Source of the DNA: Salpingoeca rosetta
Taxonomy: Eukaryota > Protista > Choanoflagellata
Assembly (NCBI GenBank): GCA_033442325.1
Contig: JAWQFM010000023.1
Span: 952,259 to 1,016,258 of the forward strand
Length of the DNA stretch: 64,000 bases
Direction of reading: 5' to 3'
The notes beneath the pieces were generated by a model. It saw only the letters and a program-made list of their open reading frames with translations, did no database searches and was not told the DNA's origin. The position numbers and the translations under genes were made by a program. Positions within the stretch are counted from its first letter, which is position 1. Each line of letters opens with the position of its first letter. This document shows positions 32,087 through 45,295 of the stretch, piece by piece.

Positions 32087-33386
32087 CGTGTGTGTGTGTG
32101 TGTGTGTGTCGGTATTGGAACGAAACAGCAGCGACGATGTACGATACGCTTCGTCGCCTTGGCCACAGCCACACAGATATGCACACACGCACGCACGCAC
32201 GCGCACACATGCACAACCCAAGTACATATACATACACACGCACGAATCCATATCCACACACTTGCCTCCGTGACGCACCTATTTCGAAGACAAGGCGGTA
32301 GAGGTTGAGTTCGCGATCTGTCATTGGTTTACAGACTTTCCGCTTGTCGCGCCCAAGGGTCATAATGCTGTCACGGTGTCCGGCGACTTGCTCCTCAAAC
32401 CGCCCAAGCACAGCCTTGCCTTCAAGCATGTCTGCACGTCGTGCGCATGAATTGGGTACACATGGAGCGAGAGGAGCACGGTTAGAAGCACGTACACATA
32501 TATACACGCAGGAACACACTTACATACAGAGCAAGCAAGCAAATCAATCAACGAACGAACGAACGAACAGTCAAATGAATAGTCAAATGAACAGTCAAAC
32601 AAACAAACCCAGCGGCCCAGCCGCGTTACGCAACAACGACAACAACACCACCCGAACCACCACCACCACCTCCTCCTCCTCCTCCTCCACCACCTCCTCC
32701 TCCTCCACAATAATGCACGGTGCCGGGCACGTACGGGGCGTGTCTGGCCTGGTGCTGTGGACAGGGGAGGCATCAAGAGCCTCCGGATCGCTCTTGGAGG
32801 CGTGCTGCCACTCCTTCTCGCTCGAGAAACTTCTGCGATCCTTCAGAAGCAGAAATTTGAACTCTTCAAGCGGAATATCGCGCCCTTCTCCCCGCCGCCC
32901 CCACGTCACAACCTGAACATGCAGATGAGAGCATGACAGGATGGGTGGGTCGTTGGTTGGTTGGTTGTTGGGGTTGTGCAAGCACTGCGTCCGTATGCAA
33001 GAGGCACATGCATACCGATGTATGCAAACACACACACACACACACTCGCGCAAATATTCAAAAGCACGCGCACATACGCCATACACACGCGTCCACTCAC
33101 ACATCCACTCACACGCGAACATACATTGACAGTCTCCCGCGTTCACAGACGCCACGCACATGCGCACCTGGCCTGGCCCCGGGATATCGAGGGCAAAGAC
33201 GGGCTGCAGGGTGCCGCTCATGACGGCTGGGTCTGATGGAAAGCCATACTCCTCGGGGTCGGGGTTGTACACGAGCCGAACAAACGGCGCGTTGTTCTGC
33301 TCGTGCAGCTCAAAGGCGAGAAAAGCGGCAAACGACGGCACAGGGAAGTCCCGGTAGCCTGTGATCGAGCACGTGTGTTGTTTGTT

Positions 33387-33461
<75 letters not shown>

Positions 33462-34942
33462 ATGTGTGCGTGCGTGCGTGCGCGTGAGTGTGTGATACGT
33501 GTGCACAGTTGCTGTTGAAGAAGCAAAGGTAGCATATGCGAAAACTCCATCGACCACGCATGCTTCCACGCGTCACGAACACAGTTGACGCACCGAGGTG
33601 TGCCAGCATGGCCATTAGGGTGTTGTCGTGTGCGCTGAAGATTGTCATTGTTCCACCGCGCTCCGCCGTTTGCGACACGCCCTCAAAGTTGCGCACAATT
33701 GTCGCTGACGATGCGGTGATTGGTGGTTTGTTGGTGGTCCATGTGAGTCGTGCTGGAAAGCACTAAGGCAATCACACCTACGCGCGGACCCGCACATCCA
33801 TACACACACGCTTACATGCACATACAGGCACTCACGCCTCCACCCTCACCCCAACATACACACACGCACACGCACGCACGCACACACACACACACATGTC
33901 CCTACACGCCTGCCTGCACCCCTTACCTGGGAGCGTGCCGGCTGCAAGGCGCGCGAGTCTGCGCTGTGTTGCAATATCGTCACCACAGTATCGCAGATTG
34001 CATATGTGCGTTGTGATTTCCTTCAACAGCTGCTCATCGTCCTCCTCAAACACAATCCCGCTCGAATTCAACAGCAGCTGCCGATGGCGCGTGATGGAGT
34101 GATGGCGTGGTGCGGGTGCAACGTGTTGGGTGGGTGAGGCATTGATCATGACATGTGTGACCGTGATGGAGTGATGGATGTGAAGATACAGCGGAAGAGA
34201 CACACGTGGGCGGATGGTGACGGCTCATACAGGGTAACGTGCTGCGCCACGCTTGATCGTTGAACGCATCATGATGTAACATGAAAAAAGGCAAAACGTT
34301 GCTGGCGTGCATAGTGATGTGATGACTCACATCCATGCTGTGGGACCGCTCAATGTTGACTTGCTGCGCAACGCTCTGCAAATTCCTCAACGCCTGAACA
34401 TAGAGAGGGAGAGAGGGGGGAGAGGGAGAGAGTGTGTGTGTGTTTGAGCGCGCGAACACCACGTGAGACAATTGATGCAGGCTGCTGATGCATCTCAACA
34501 TCACGATATCCATCACCATATCCATCATCACCACCGCCATCAAGGCCGCGTACCGTCTGGTATCCGTTGGCTGGGTTGATCTTTTCAAACTGCGTCATGC
34601 GCCAGAGCTTGTCGATGAGTTTTCGGCAGCGCACATCCTGCGCCCACTGCTCAAATTGCAGCGCTGCCGGGGTGAAGAAGTGATAGTGGTGGTGGTGGTG
34701 GCGGTGATGGGATGAGAGTGTGTTTGGGTGTTAGCTAGGAAACAGTGTATACTTGAGGCGTCCATGCACACACACACACATACATACATACACAAGCAGG
34801 CAGTGGGGTGCCAAGCTCACATTCATCAAAGACGCGTGTCTTTAGGGCGTTGTATGCGTCGTTTGACTTGAAGCCGTGCAGCAGTGGAGAGTAATTCTCG
34901 CTCGCCACGTGGATCGGCAATGAGTCTTCGCAAGTGATGTGC

Positions 34943-34989
<47 letters not shown>

Positions 34990-37384
34990 GCGGGTGTGTG
35001 GAACAGAGATGGGGGTTGGTGAGGACATGTGATGGTAACAAATGCAAATGGCAAATAAGGCAACAGACACCACCGCCACCACAGCCACCACAGCCACCAA
35101 CACCACCACAGCCACCAACACCGGCAACATGCACTGCTCACTTCCTGTGAACGTGGGGGACTTTGCGGCCTGTACGGGCGGAACCTTCTGGCTGGTGGAG
35201 AAGCGTCCGTGGAGATCGAGGCGGAAGGACGGGCTCGTGCCAGGAAACATCCCCAGCAGCAGGCTGCACTCGGCCCAAGGGAGGTGTGTGCGTATGTGTA
35301 CGTATGTGTGCGCGCGTATGTATATGTGTATGTGTATGTGTATGTGTACGTATGTGTGCGCGCGTATGTGCATATGTATGTGTATGTGTGTGTGTGAGTG
35401 CGAAGATGAGTATTCGAAAGGGCGAGTGTATGAAGGTGTAGGATTGGCTTCAAGACAGCCAAGTTTCAGACACCCACAAGCACACACGCACGCACACACA
35501 AAGCACACAACTTTCAGCAGCAGCATGATCACCTCACCTCTGTGCAGACATGAGGGCGCGGTCGGCGTGGGAGGTGTACGTTTGTACACGAAGACTAAGG
35601 TCTGGGCACTGCTCGTCAAGCAGCTGCTCGTGGTGGAGGTACTTGTGGCGCAGCTTCCGGCCCAGCGAGATGTGCTGCTGCATGCCCACGGCAGTGAGGC
35701 TGTGGTGGGGTGGTGTGTTGGTGTGCGCGACCATGGGGTGAGTGGGTTGGATATTGGCGTGGGGGCGTGGTGATGATGTGACGACATGATGGCGTGACGA
35801 CGCGAAGGCGTGGCGCATGCGGCCAACGAACAATAATTTACACACACACACACACACACACAAACACACAGACACACACACAAATGCACACACCCACACA
35901 CAATCACACACACAAACACACAGACACACACACAAATGCACACACCCACACACAATCACACACACACACACAAACGCACACGCACACACAGCCCGCTCAC
36001 CGGCCGCCAAACGACTGCCAGAAGTGCGGCTCCTTCGGCCAGTGCTCATCGCGGGGAAACGGTTTGAGCGGGAAGCGAGCGCCGTGTCGCGTGATGACGA
36101 CGACGCTGCGGATGGTGTGGCGGGCAGATGCCATCCACGCCCAGCGGCGCGAGAGCACGCGGCTTGTCTGGTACAGGCGGTGGTACACGGCGTTGTAGTC
36201 GATGCGGCCCGTGTTGTTGGGGTCAACGAGGCCAACCAGAAACTGCAGCTCTGTGTTTGGGAGTGGGCACACGGTGGAGATCATGGCAGCAAACTGGCTG
36301 CCGGTCAAGTAGCCATAGGACTTGAGGTCGTGCTGCTTGAACAGCAGCCTGCCACACGTTTGTGCATTATGTATGCGTTGAGGAGAAAAGGGGGTGGGAG
36401 GTCGTCAGGGGTGGGTGGAAGTTGGGAAGCCACACAGGCATGACTTGTGCATTCACGAGGTGGAGAGAACAGCTGCACACGCATGCATTCATGCATACGT
36501 GCACGTTCACGCACACGCATACATACACACACAGACACCTGAGGTTGATGTTGATGCGGTGGAGCTGGTAGACGACGTGCTCGACAAGGATGTCCTGCAT
36601 AATCTCCATGAACTCAATCTCCTTGCGGTCGGCGAGGAAGTAGTTGCAGATCGCCTCCACATCTGCTTGGCTCGCGGTGTTCGTGCACGTGGACAGCAAA
36701 TGTGCAAGCTTGGCGCGATGTTCCTCTGCCATGTGTGTGTGTGTGTGTGTATGTATGTTTGTGTGTGTGTGTGTGTGTGTGCGTGTGTGTGTGTGTGTGT
36801 GCGTATGCAAAGTGCGCTTTCGTGTGATGTGTGTGCGAGCAAATGGAAGGCATGCAGATCTGTTTGCAAGGTGGAGGCATTTGCCGCACCTGGGGAGGAA
36901 GCGCCCGGGGACCCATCGTCGGATGCCATCTGCTCAAAGGCCTGCTTGAGCGACATGCCCTTGTCTCGCATCTCCTCAAACATGCGGTGGACGACGGTAT
37001 GTGCGTACCTCTCCTCCTCCGTCAGCTGACAACACACACACACACACACACACACACACCAGTCAGAGGGATGGAGTAAGAGAGACGAGGGGTGAGAAGA
37101 GGGACGAAGGGAGAAGACGCAACAAACGCCAGGGGAGTGAACACGCTTGTCGTATGTGTGATGCTGAAGAAGCAATCGCTTGCATGGGCAAGCACATGGC
37201 AAGTGCACCCAACCGAGCCAGTTCGTCAAACCAGTCAGTGGGCCATTGAGCCAATGACCCTCGATCACATGACACATCTCATATCGCATCCACAATGGCT
37301 TACCTTGTCCTCTGAGAATGCCAGCGAGGAGGCCGTGGGCTCCACCCCGCCTGCATCCTTGCCCACCAATCCCAAGCGCTCCAT
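27609..37384 (-). CDS. Multidomain protein: EF-hands + histidine acid phosphatase (His_Phos_2) + IP6K-type inositol polyphosphate kinase with inserted PH domain + polybasic tail (20+ exons)
   Basis: EF loops [12 protein letters not shown] and [12 protein letters not shown]. Phosphatase motifs RHGARFP (36089-36069), [29 protein letters not shown] and IFSAHDNTL (HD at about 33630-33625). Kinase motifs [37 protein letters not shown] (29055-29031), [15 protein letters not shown] and [11 protein letters not shown]. Intron phases were consistent at the junctions I traced (5' exons, phosphatase-kinase link, PH region); a few internal phosphatase and 3' kinase exons were not traced base by base. Confidence 0.85.
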
Positions 37385-37672
37385 CGTGCATGCGGTGGTG
37401 GTGGTGGTGGTGGGTGGTGTTGCTGTAACGGCAGGCAACAGCGACCGTGTTGTTGTTGTGTGATATTTTGCGCCCCAACAACAACGAAGATGGCGGATGT
37501 GTGAGTTGCGTGCGTGTGCGCGTGAGTTGCGTGTGTGAGTGTCTGTGTATGTGTGTGTGCCTGGTCTCCGCCTGCCTTTGGTTGTCGCCGCTGTCTCCGT
37601 TTGCCTTGTACCTCGGCCTCGCGTGGGTTGAGACCCTGACATGTGCGTGTGCGTGTGCTCGGTAGGGACTCG

Positions 37673-37920
37673 ATGCCGGAGGACCGGAAGCTGAAGACAA
37701 CGGGAAAGGTTGGCGGCTTCCACGAGAGCAAGCTGCCCTTTGCCAAAGGTGCGTGTGCTGTTTTGGTTTCATCCGCATGCATGCATCCACATTGTGTTGG
37801 GTCCTGCGGTAACACATGATGGCATGACTTGCCCTCACGTCCTCGTCGGGCGTGTGTGTGTGTGTGTGTGTGTGTGTGTCTGTGTCTGTGTGTGTGTGTG
37901 TCTGTGTGTGTGTGTGTCTG

Positions 37921-37963
<43 letters not shown>

Positions 37964-38175
37964 GTCTGTGTGTGTCTGTGTGTGTCTGTGTGTGTCTGTG
38001 TGCGTGTTCTGCGTGTTTGCGTGGTGCGTCTGGGCTGTGTTGTAGATGCGGAACCCGTGCTGAAACACTTGGACGGACAGAAGTACGCTGTCATTGCCAT
38101 CGACCAGGAGACACACGAGCTCACGCTCGACCAAGTTGGGGAATGTGCATGCAAAGGTACAAGTGCGCAAACGGT

Positions 38176-38211
<36 letters not shown>

Positions 38212-38565
38212 TCCTTAAGATGTTCCTTTGCTGTGGTGTAACCCAAACCGCACACACACACATACACACACACACACATATACACACACATACACACAAA
38301 CATACATACACACACAATAGCGAAACAGGTGCAGGAGTTGCTGCACACCGCGGAGCCGCGGTTCTATGTGCTCAACTTCAAGAAGAAGCTGTTTGTGTAC
38401 TGCTGCCCCGACAACGCGCCTCGCAAGCTGCGCATGCTCTACAGCACCGCCAAAGCAAACACCCTCGCACAGCTCAAGGTATGTGTGTATGCATGTGTAT
38501 GTATGTGTGCGTGTGTATGTATGTGCGTGTGCGTGTGTATGTATGTGCGTGTGCGTGTGTGTGTA

Positions 38566-38608
<43 letters not shown>

Positions 38609-39204
38609 GTGTAAGTGTGTAAGTGTGTGTAAGTGTGTAAGTGTGTGCGTCTGTGTGTACCTGCTAACACATCCTCTGCCTCGCGCCCTCGCCACTCACA
38701 ATGTCCACCACCGCTCCTTTTCTCGCCTGTACTTGCGAGCAGAAGCTTGGCTTCAAGCCGAGCGTCACACTGGAGATCTCAGAGCCAGATGATCTTGACG
38801 ACAACACCATCGTCGGCAAGCATCCGTCCTCCTCCTCATCATCATCATCAGCACCACAGGACAAAGGCAAACCAGGCAGAAAGGTGTGTGTGTGTGTGTG
38901 TGTGTGTCCGTGTGTGTGTGTCTATGTGTCCGTGTGTGTCTGTGTGTGTGTCCGATTGTGTGTGTGTCTGTGTCTGTGTGTGTGTGTCTGTGTCTGTGTC
39001 TGTGTCTACTTGCGCCTCCTCTCCCACCCACAACAACACCCCCTCACCCATCACCCCTTTCACCAGAACTCTGCGCCGAAGACGGTGGTGCCGTCCCAAA
39101 TGACGGGCTCGCTGTCGGAGTTTATGGCCAAGTCCCTTGGCAAGAGCGCAATGTCTGGCGGGAAGAAGCGCGTTGTGCTGCCACCGAGCGGCGCATACGG
39201 CTGA
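37673..39204 (+). CDS. Single ADF-H/cofilin-fold actin regulator resembling the C-terminal half of twinfilin
   Basis: [25 protein letters not shown] / [28 protein letters not shown] / [34 protein letters not shown] / LEISEPDDL ... [13 protein letters not shown]. PxxxPxKxRMLYS is the ADF-H signature. Confidence 0.8.
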
Positions 39205-39612
39205 TGGTGAAGCAGTGACCGTGACGGCAGCAGTCTGTCTCGCTTTGCTTTGCCATTGCTCCACACCATCGTCGTCGTGGTGACATGATGCTTCAAGATG
39301 GTCCATTTCTCAGCCACGCTCATAGCTCTCTTACTTCACCTCACTTCCCTTCACTTCATCACATTCACATCACGACAGCCTTTGCTGCTCTTCTTGCTTC
39401 GTTACACACGCACGCACACACACACACACACACACGCACACACACACATACACACACACTGCTCCCCTGCATCATCATCGTATGTGACACTGAACTGACT
39501 GACCAAAGACCAGTGAGAATGAGCGTGTGGAATGGGGAACAGAGTTGACACAACTACCCTTCATCCAGACACACACGCACACACAACGCCCAGCACCTTG
39601 CCAACCACAACC

Positions 39613-40007
39613 ATGTCTGACACAAGTGGTGATGGCAGTGGTGGAGACTATGGAAGCTTCACATGGGAGTCGGCGCGCGTGCTTGCAGCACACCTGCATG
39701 CCATCGAAGATGAGGTCAGGGTAAGGGGCCAGACAGGAGCAATGTTGTGGTACTGTTTGACTGCCTGAAGAGCCCTTTGATGAGAGGAGCACAGCTGACG
39801 TTGGTATGCGTGTGTGGTGCGAATCGCAGTGTGTCAGTCTGTGTGGTGGAAGCTTGGGTGNNNNNNNNNNNNNNNNNNNNNNNNNNNNNNNNNNNNNNNN
39901 NNNNNNNNNNNNNNNNNNNNNNNNNNNNNNNNNNNNNNNNNNNNNNNNNNNNNNNNNNNNTGTGTGTGTGTGTGTGTCTGTGCGTGTCTGTGTGTGTCTG
40001 TGTCTGT

Positions 40008-40054
<47 letters not shown>

Positions 40055-40253
40055 CTTGCCTGTTGGTGTGCCTTCGATCTCAATTGCCCGCCCACCCGCC
40101 CTGCGCCGTCGCATGCACAGACTATGACGACATCTTTGCCACTGTCACGGATCTGCTTCAGCGTCGCGGTGGCCGCTTCATCACCGCATATCGCATCCGC
40201 ACAGCCAGATCCTTCCAGGTCAGTCCGTGTCTGTCTGTCTCTGTGTTTGAGTG

Positions 40254-40312
<59 letters not shown>

Positions 40313-40391
40313 CGGCCTGTCGTCGATGCCTTTACTGTGGACAGACGCACAAGAAGCTTCAATGTGTAACCAACCAACTCACAACGTTCAC

Positions 40392-40429
<38 letters not shown>

Positions 40430-40628
40430 GTATGCACGCTAGCACTCTGTGATCAAGTGGGGCCTGGACATGGTGCAAGTGCCACTGCCGCCAGCGCTGG
40501 ACGACGCCGATGTGGCCAGCAGCACCCGCCTCCTCGCCTTCTCCCTCAAACACCACCACGAACAACAGCAGCCACCATCGCCGCCGCCACCACTGCCACC
40601 AACAGCACACAAGGCCAACGCAGGGTAA
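39613..40628 (+). CDS. METTL23: METTL23-like seven-beta-strand (Methyltransf_16) methyltransferase; central exons hidden in gap 39861-39960
   Basis: DYGSFTWESARVLAAHL, then after the gap DYDDIFATVTDLL...FITAYRIRTARSFQ / HSVIKWGLDMVQVPL, with the stop at 40628. The SAM-binding motif I is not visible and is expected inside the gap. Confidence 0.7.
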
Positions 40629-40843
40629 CGAAATGAATCACATCCACACCCACGAGCGTGCGAGTTGTCGAGTGCAAAGACAGCGATGCAACACGGGATT
40701 GGACTCGCAGTTGCGCGTGCTCACGCCAACAACGTCAGCACCAGCAGTAACCTCAACACCAACACCCATGTTGACGGGACACCAACAGCAACAGTGTAAC
40801 ACCAACACCAACACCAATAGCAACGACCAACACCGAAACAGGG

Positions 40844-41235
40844 TCAGCCCGAGAGCGATGCGGTTGGTGGGATGGTGGCTGCGGGAACAGCTCGCTTCAG
40901 CACGCGGCTGGCAGTGTCGTTCTCCAAGGGCACCGCATCCTCCTCACCCTCCACATGGCCCTGATGTTGCGGGTGTTGCGGGTGTGTAGCGGTTGCCTCA
41001 TTTCCGCTCTCGCCAAACGCGTCCAGCGCTGTCTGGCGCCTGCGGAACCGCTCAATGGCGGCAATCACGTGCGGCAGCACCTATGGGGTGGGGGAGTGGG
41101 CACACAGTGAGGGGAGAGGAAGGCGGGTTGGTACTGCTTCGGTTGCTTGTACTGGGTTTTGTGTGTATGTGTGTCTGTGTGTGTGTGTGTCTGTGTGTGT
41201 GTGTGTGTGTGTGCGCATGTGTGTGTGTGTGTACA

Positions 41236-41269
<34 letters not shown>

Positions 41270-42434
41270 TGTGTGTGTGTGTGTCTGTGTGTGTGTGTGT
41301 GTGTGTGTACATCTGCGTGTGTGTGCAGCTCTGTGTGTGTGTGTGCGTGCTAACCTTCTCTTCTGCGTCAGCTGCCCACATCAGGTCAAGATGTTCATAG
41401 TTTGGTATGCGAATGTGCCTGGTGTGTCATATGCATGCATGCAGGGAGGGGAGAGGAGGGCGAGTTGAAGTGCCAGGACGTCACTGGTGAGCCTCAAAGC
41501 AAGAAACAAACAGACAGCACAGCACACCGAAACCCTAGACAAAGAGCAAGTCATACATGCAGAAATACACACAACATTCACACACAAGCAACACACAACA
41601 CAAAACACACACACAACACACAACATACACACACAACATACACACACAACACACACAGACACACACACACACACAAACAACACAACACACAAACAAGCAA
41701 GCAGACATGCATGCGGGCTGACCCTGCTGCGGAGTGCTCTGGGAGATTTCGCTTCATCCAGAGGATGTCTGTGAGGCGATCAGCGCCGCCATACATCATC
41801 ACCACGGGGCACGGCATCTGGTTCAGTGGATATTGCTGCAGTGGTGGCGGTGGTGGCGGGTGGTGGGTGATCAGGGGATTGGGGAGTTGGGAGTTGGGAG
41901 TTGGATGTAGTGAGGTGGCGCTGCAGTCGGAAAGCCCTGAAACAGCTGTGCACGCAATGCGTGATGTGTAGTGCGTGATGCGCGCATACACACACACACA
42001 CACATTCGCACATACACGCACACAGACACACACACACACACATTCACACACACACACACACATTCGCACATACACGCACACACACACACACACATACACA
42101 TACACCACCACGACGGACCTGCTGCTCGATGAGGCGGTACCCACTGCGGAATTCGCGGTTGTCGTCGTACTGCTGGAATGTGTCGCTCGCCACAATCTGG
42201 AACCAGTGCTGGGGAACGGGAACAGACAAGTGGGCGGCAATGGAAGGGGACGTGAAGAAGGAGGGGAGCAGGGTGAGGAAGGAGGACGCGAGCTAGTAGT
42301 GGATCCAGCTGGTCAAAGAGTACAGGGTAGAGGGTTTGTGGGGTTGGCACCGCGCACATGCAGGCACAAAAAGAGAGCTGGAGTAACGCCAGCAACGACC
42401 GAACAAACAAACATACACACACACACACACACAA

Positions 42435-42483
<49 letters not shown>

Positions 42484-44788
42484 GACACACACATGCAGAC
42501 AAGGTTCCTTCTTTCCCTCCCCCTTTGCGCACCACGATGGTTTTGACGCTTGTGAGGGAGAAGAGGTGGGAGTAGAGCATGAGGCGGCGCCGCTGGTCGC
42601 CGAGCTGGTCCATCCGCCAGTCAAACAGCTGACGGCAACACGCATTGGCGGCAGTGGTGGTGGTGGTGGTGATTGTGAGCGCATATGGAAGGAGATGGGC
42701 GTGAGGTTGGTGATCGCAAAGCAAACGCACGCACGCATGCACCCACATACATACATGCATGCACGCACGCACACACACACACACATACACATACGCGTAT
42801 GCGCGCACCATTTGACAGCCGCTCTCGATGAGACGTGCGTAAACGCGGCGGGTGAGGACGCTGCGCCAGAACATGACCCACGGCATCAAGGATCGCGTCC
42901 CTGCACACGCACATACACCCACACGCACATACACCCACGCGCACATACACCCACACGCACATACACCCACACGCACATACACCCACACGCACATACACCC
43001 ACACGCACATACACCCGCGCGCATGGAGGGACGAAGGTGAGGCGATGGTGTAGGAGGAAAGAGAGGGGGGAATGAAATGAGTTCAGAGCCAAATCACACA
43101 ATGTAACCAAACAACACTACACTCACACTCTCTCTCTCACGCATGCACACACAGGCACGCACACACACACACACACGCGCGCACGCGCACGCACAATTTG
43201 TCTTCACAAACGCAACGCACCAAAGACGAGGAAGATGGACTGGGGTGCAAGGTGCACGAGCGTCTGCAGGAATCCCTGGCGAAGACCAAGCGCCTTGGCT
43301 GCAGGTGCCAGCGCCACAAACACATCAATCTGAACGCCACGTCGCAAGAGTCGTTCACGCACGCGCATGAGTCGTTGTAAGCTGTGGGTGTTGCTCAAGA
43401 TAAGCACAGTCTGATGCGCAAAGTGCGCGCGTGAACTGAGTATTAAGCGGACGCCTGTTTGTTGGGGGTGCCACATCACATGCACGTAGTGTCAATGCTC
43501 ACCTTGTGTGCGAGTTGCTGGTTCAGGCTGAATGCTGCAAACCCAAGGGCCGTGCCCTGGGAGAACCCAACGTATGAAAGAGATGACGCACCCGTGCTTG
43601 CAAGCACGTGGTCGATGGAGGCTGGCAGGTCGTTTGCCGCCATTTCGTCGATGGAAAAGTCCCAAAACTGGCCACGATGTGACAAGGGCAACAAGAGGAG
43701 CGCAATGTGTTGGAGGATGGTGATGAATGCCACAAAACACACGCTAGCCATGATTTCAACACCACAGTGTCTGTGTGTTTGTATGTGTGCAGGTCAACAG
43801 AGAACAAACCAAGCGTATGCACACACACACACACACACGACACACACACACACACAAACAGCCACACACATACACACACATACGCACACAACATAGCACG
43901 CACGCAACTGGAAGCACGTGTTCAATGACTCACGGCCGGATCGTGCGGCTTGAAGGTCATGTGCTTGCAGCTGTACTTGTTTCCACGTGAGTTGCCCATC
44001 CACACGTCATACCCTTCCTCGAAGAGCAGATATGCAAAGCTGTCTCGGGTACAAAGCCTGCAAAGGTAAGCAAGGTGAAAATCGAGATGCACCACGACAA
44101 CACATGAGTTGTTCGCACCAAAGATTGTCAGCCTACCAATGTGTTTGTGTGTGCGTGCGTGCGTGCGTGTGTGTGTGTGTGTGTGTGTGTGTTTGATTCT
44201 GCTGTACCATGCTTCGCTGCACTGCATCAGCCCGTGTTGGAGGAAGACGACGCCCTTCCTCGGTTGCATCTTGCGTATGCGCATGCAAGTGAGCAATAGT
44301 GAGCACAAATGAGCAATGATGAGCACAAGTGAGCTCAAGGAGCAATCCATCTAATTGGTCAACATACAAACAAAGGGCTGCCCAAACGAAATCGCATTCC
44401 ACCCCCTCCTCTGCCGCCGTCCAACAAAAGTGAGCTGTACCTCAGGCTGGCGAAGGCGGTGCAGCGCAAGCTGGAAGCCGTCCTTTGTTAGCACGACATG
44501 CTGTTCCAAAAAGAAGCCAAAGTGCTGTGCCAGCTGGACGGCGGATAAGTTGTGCGTGTCCTCGCTTGGTGGGATGGTATCGCCCTGGAACACGTGGGCC
44601 TCCGAGAAGACGGAGACGCGCTTCACAAAGCTGACAATGTTCGAATCAATAAACGCAATCAACGGCGCCGGCAACACAAACAGCAGCAACCGCGTCACGG
44701 CCTCAACCACAACGATGACCAGCGCAAACGAGAGCTTGATCCAATCCGCCAGCGACAGCTGCCCCAGCCGTGTTGGATACAGCGCCAT
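40844..44788 (-). CDS. AB-hydrolase lipase / sterol esterase (LIPA/Tgl1/Yeh type) with an N-terminal hydrophobic anchor
   Basis: [67 protein letters not shown]. Catalytic triad motifs: nucleophile GFSQG, acid GGADRLTD, His YEHLDLMWA. Confidence 0.92.
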
Positions 44789-45295
44789 CACGCTGGGCAG
44801 TCGCGAAGAAAAGGAGGGAGCGTGTGTACGTGTGCGCGTGCGTGCGTGTGCGTGCGTGTCTGTATGTGAAAGGAATGGGAGAAGTACCAAGAAGCCGCGC
44901 TGTTTTGTGTTGTGTGGTGGAAAGGAGGGTGGGTGTTTGGTGGATTGGTGCATCCCGTTCCGCGATGAATGGCTGTTTGCGACAACATGAGAGTTTCACA
45001 AACAATTGTAGATAATTGGTTCAAGATATCATATACTCTTCCGAACCCACGCTGGTGTGGTGGTTGCACGAACGAACAGACGGGCAAACGGCTGCAGCAG
45101 GTGCACTGCCCCGTGTGTGACACACATCGCGCTCTGTCGCTCCCTCGCTCGCTGTGTTGGTGAGTCAAAGGGACGCTGTCACTGGCGTGGCTGATCTCCA
45201 GCAGCAAGACACATAGTGCTGGTGGTCGGTGGTAGTGGTGGTGTTGCTGTGTGTGTGTTTGAGAGGACACGAACGCCGCCAAGAAACAGGGGAAG

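Noticed and set aside
32595-32734. Phosphatase ending as a separate gene via read-through to the stop at 32595
   Set aside because: Disfavoured, not excluded. The read-through tail is microsatellite-derived (poly-E/V), a GTACGT donor and an in-phase TGCAG acceptor exist, and only about 165 bp of repeat-rich sequence would remain for a terminator plus promoter.
39613-40628. METTL23-like gene as a pseudogene lacking the SAM-binding motif
   Set aside because: The missing part coincides with a 100-N placeholder gap, so its absence is not evidence of loss.
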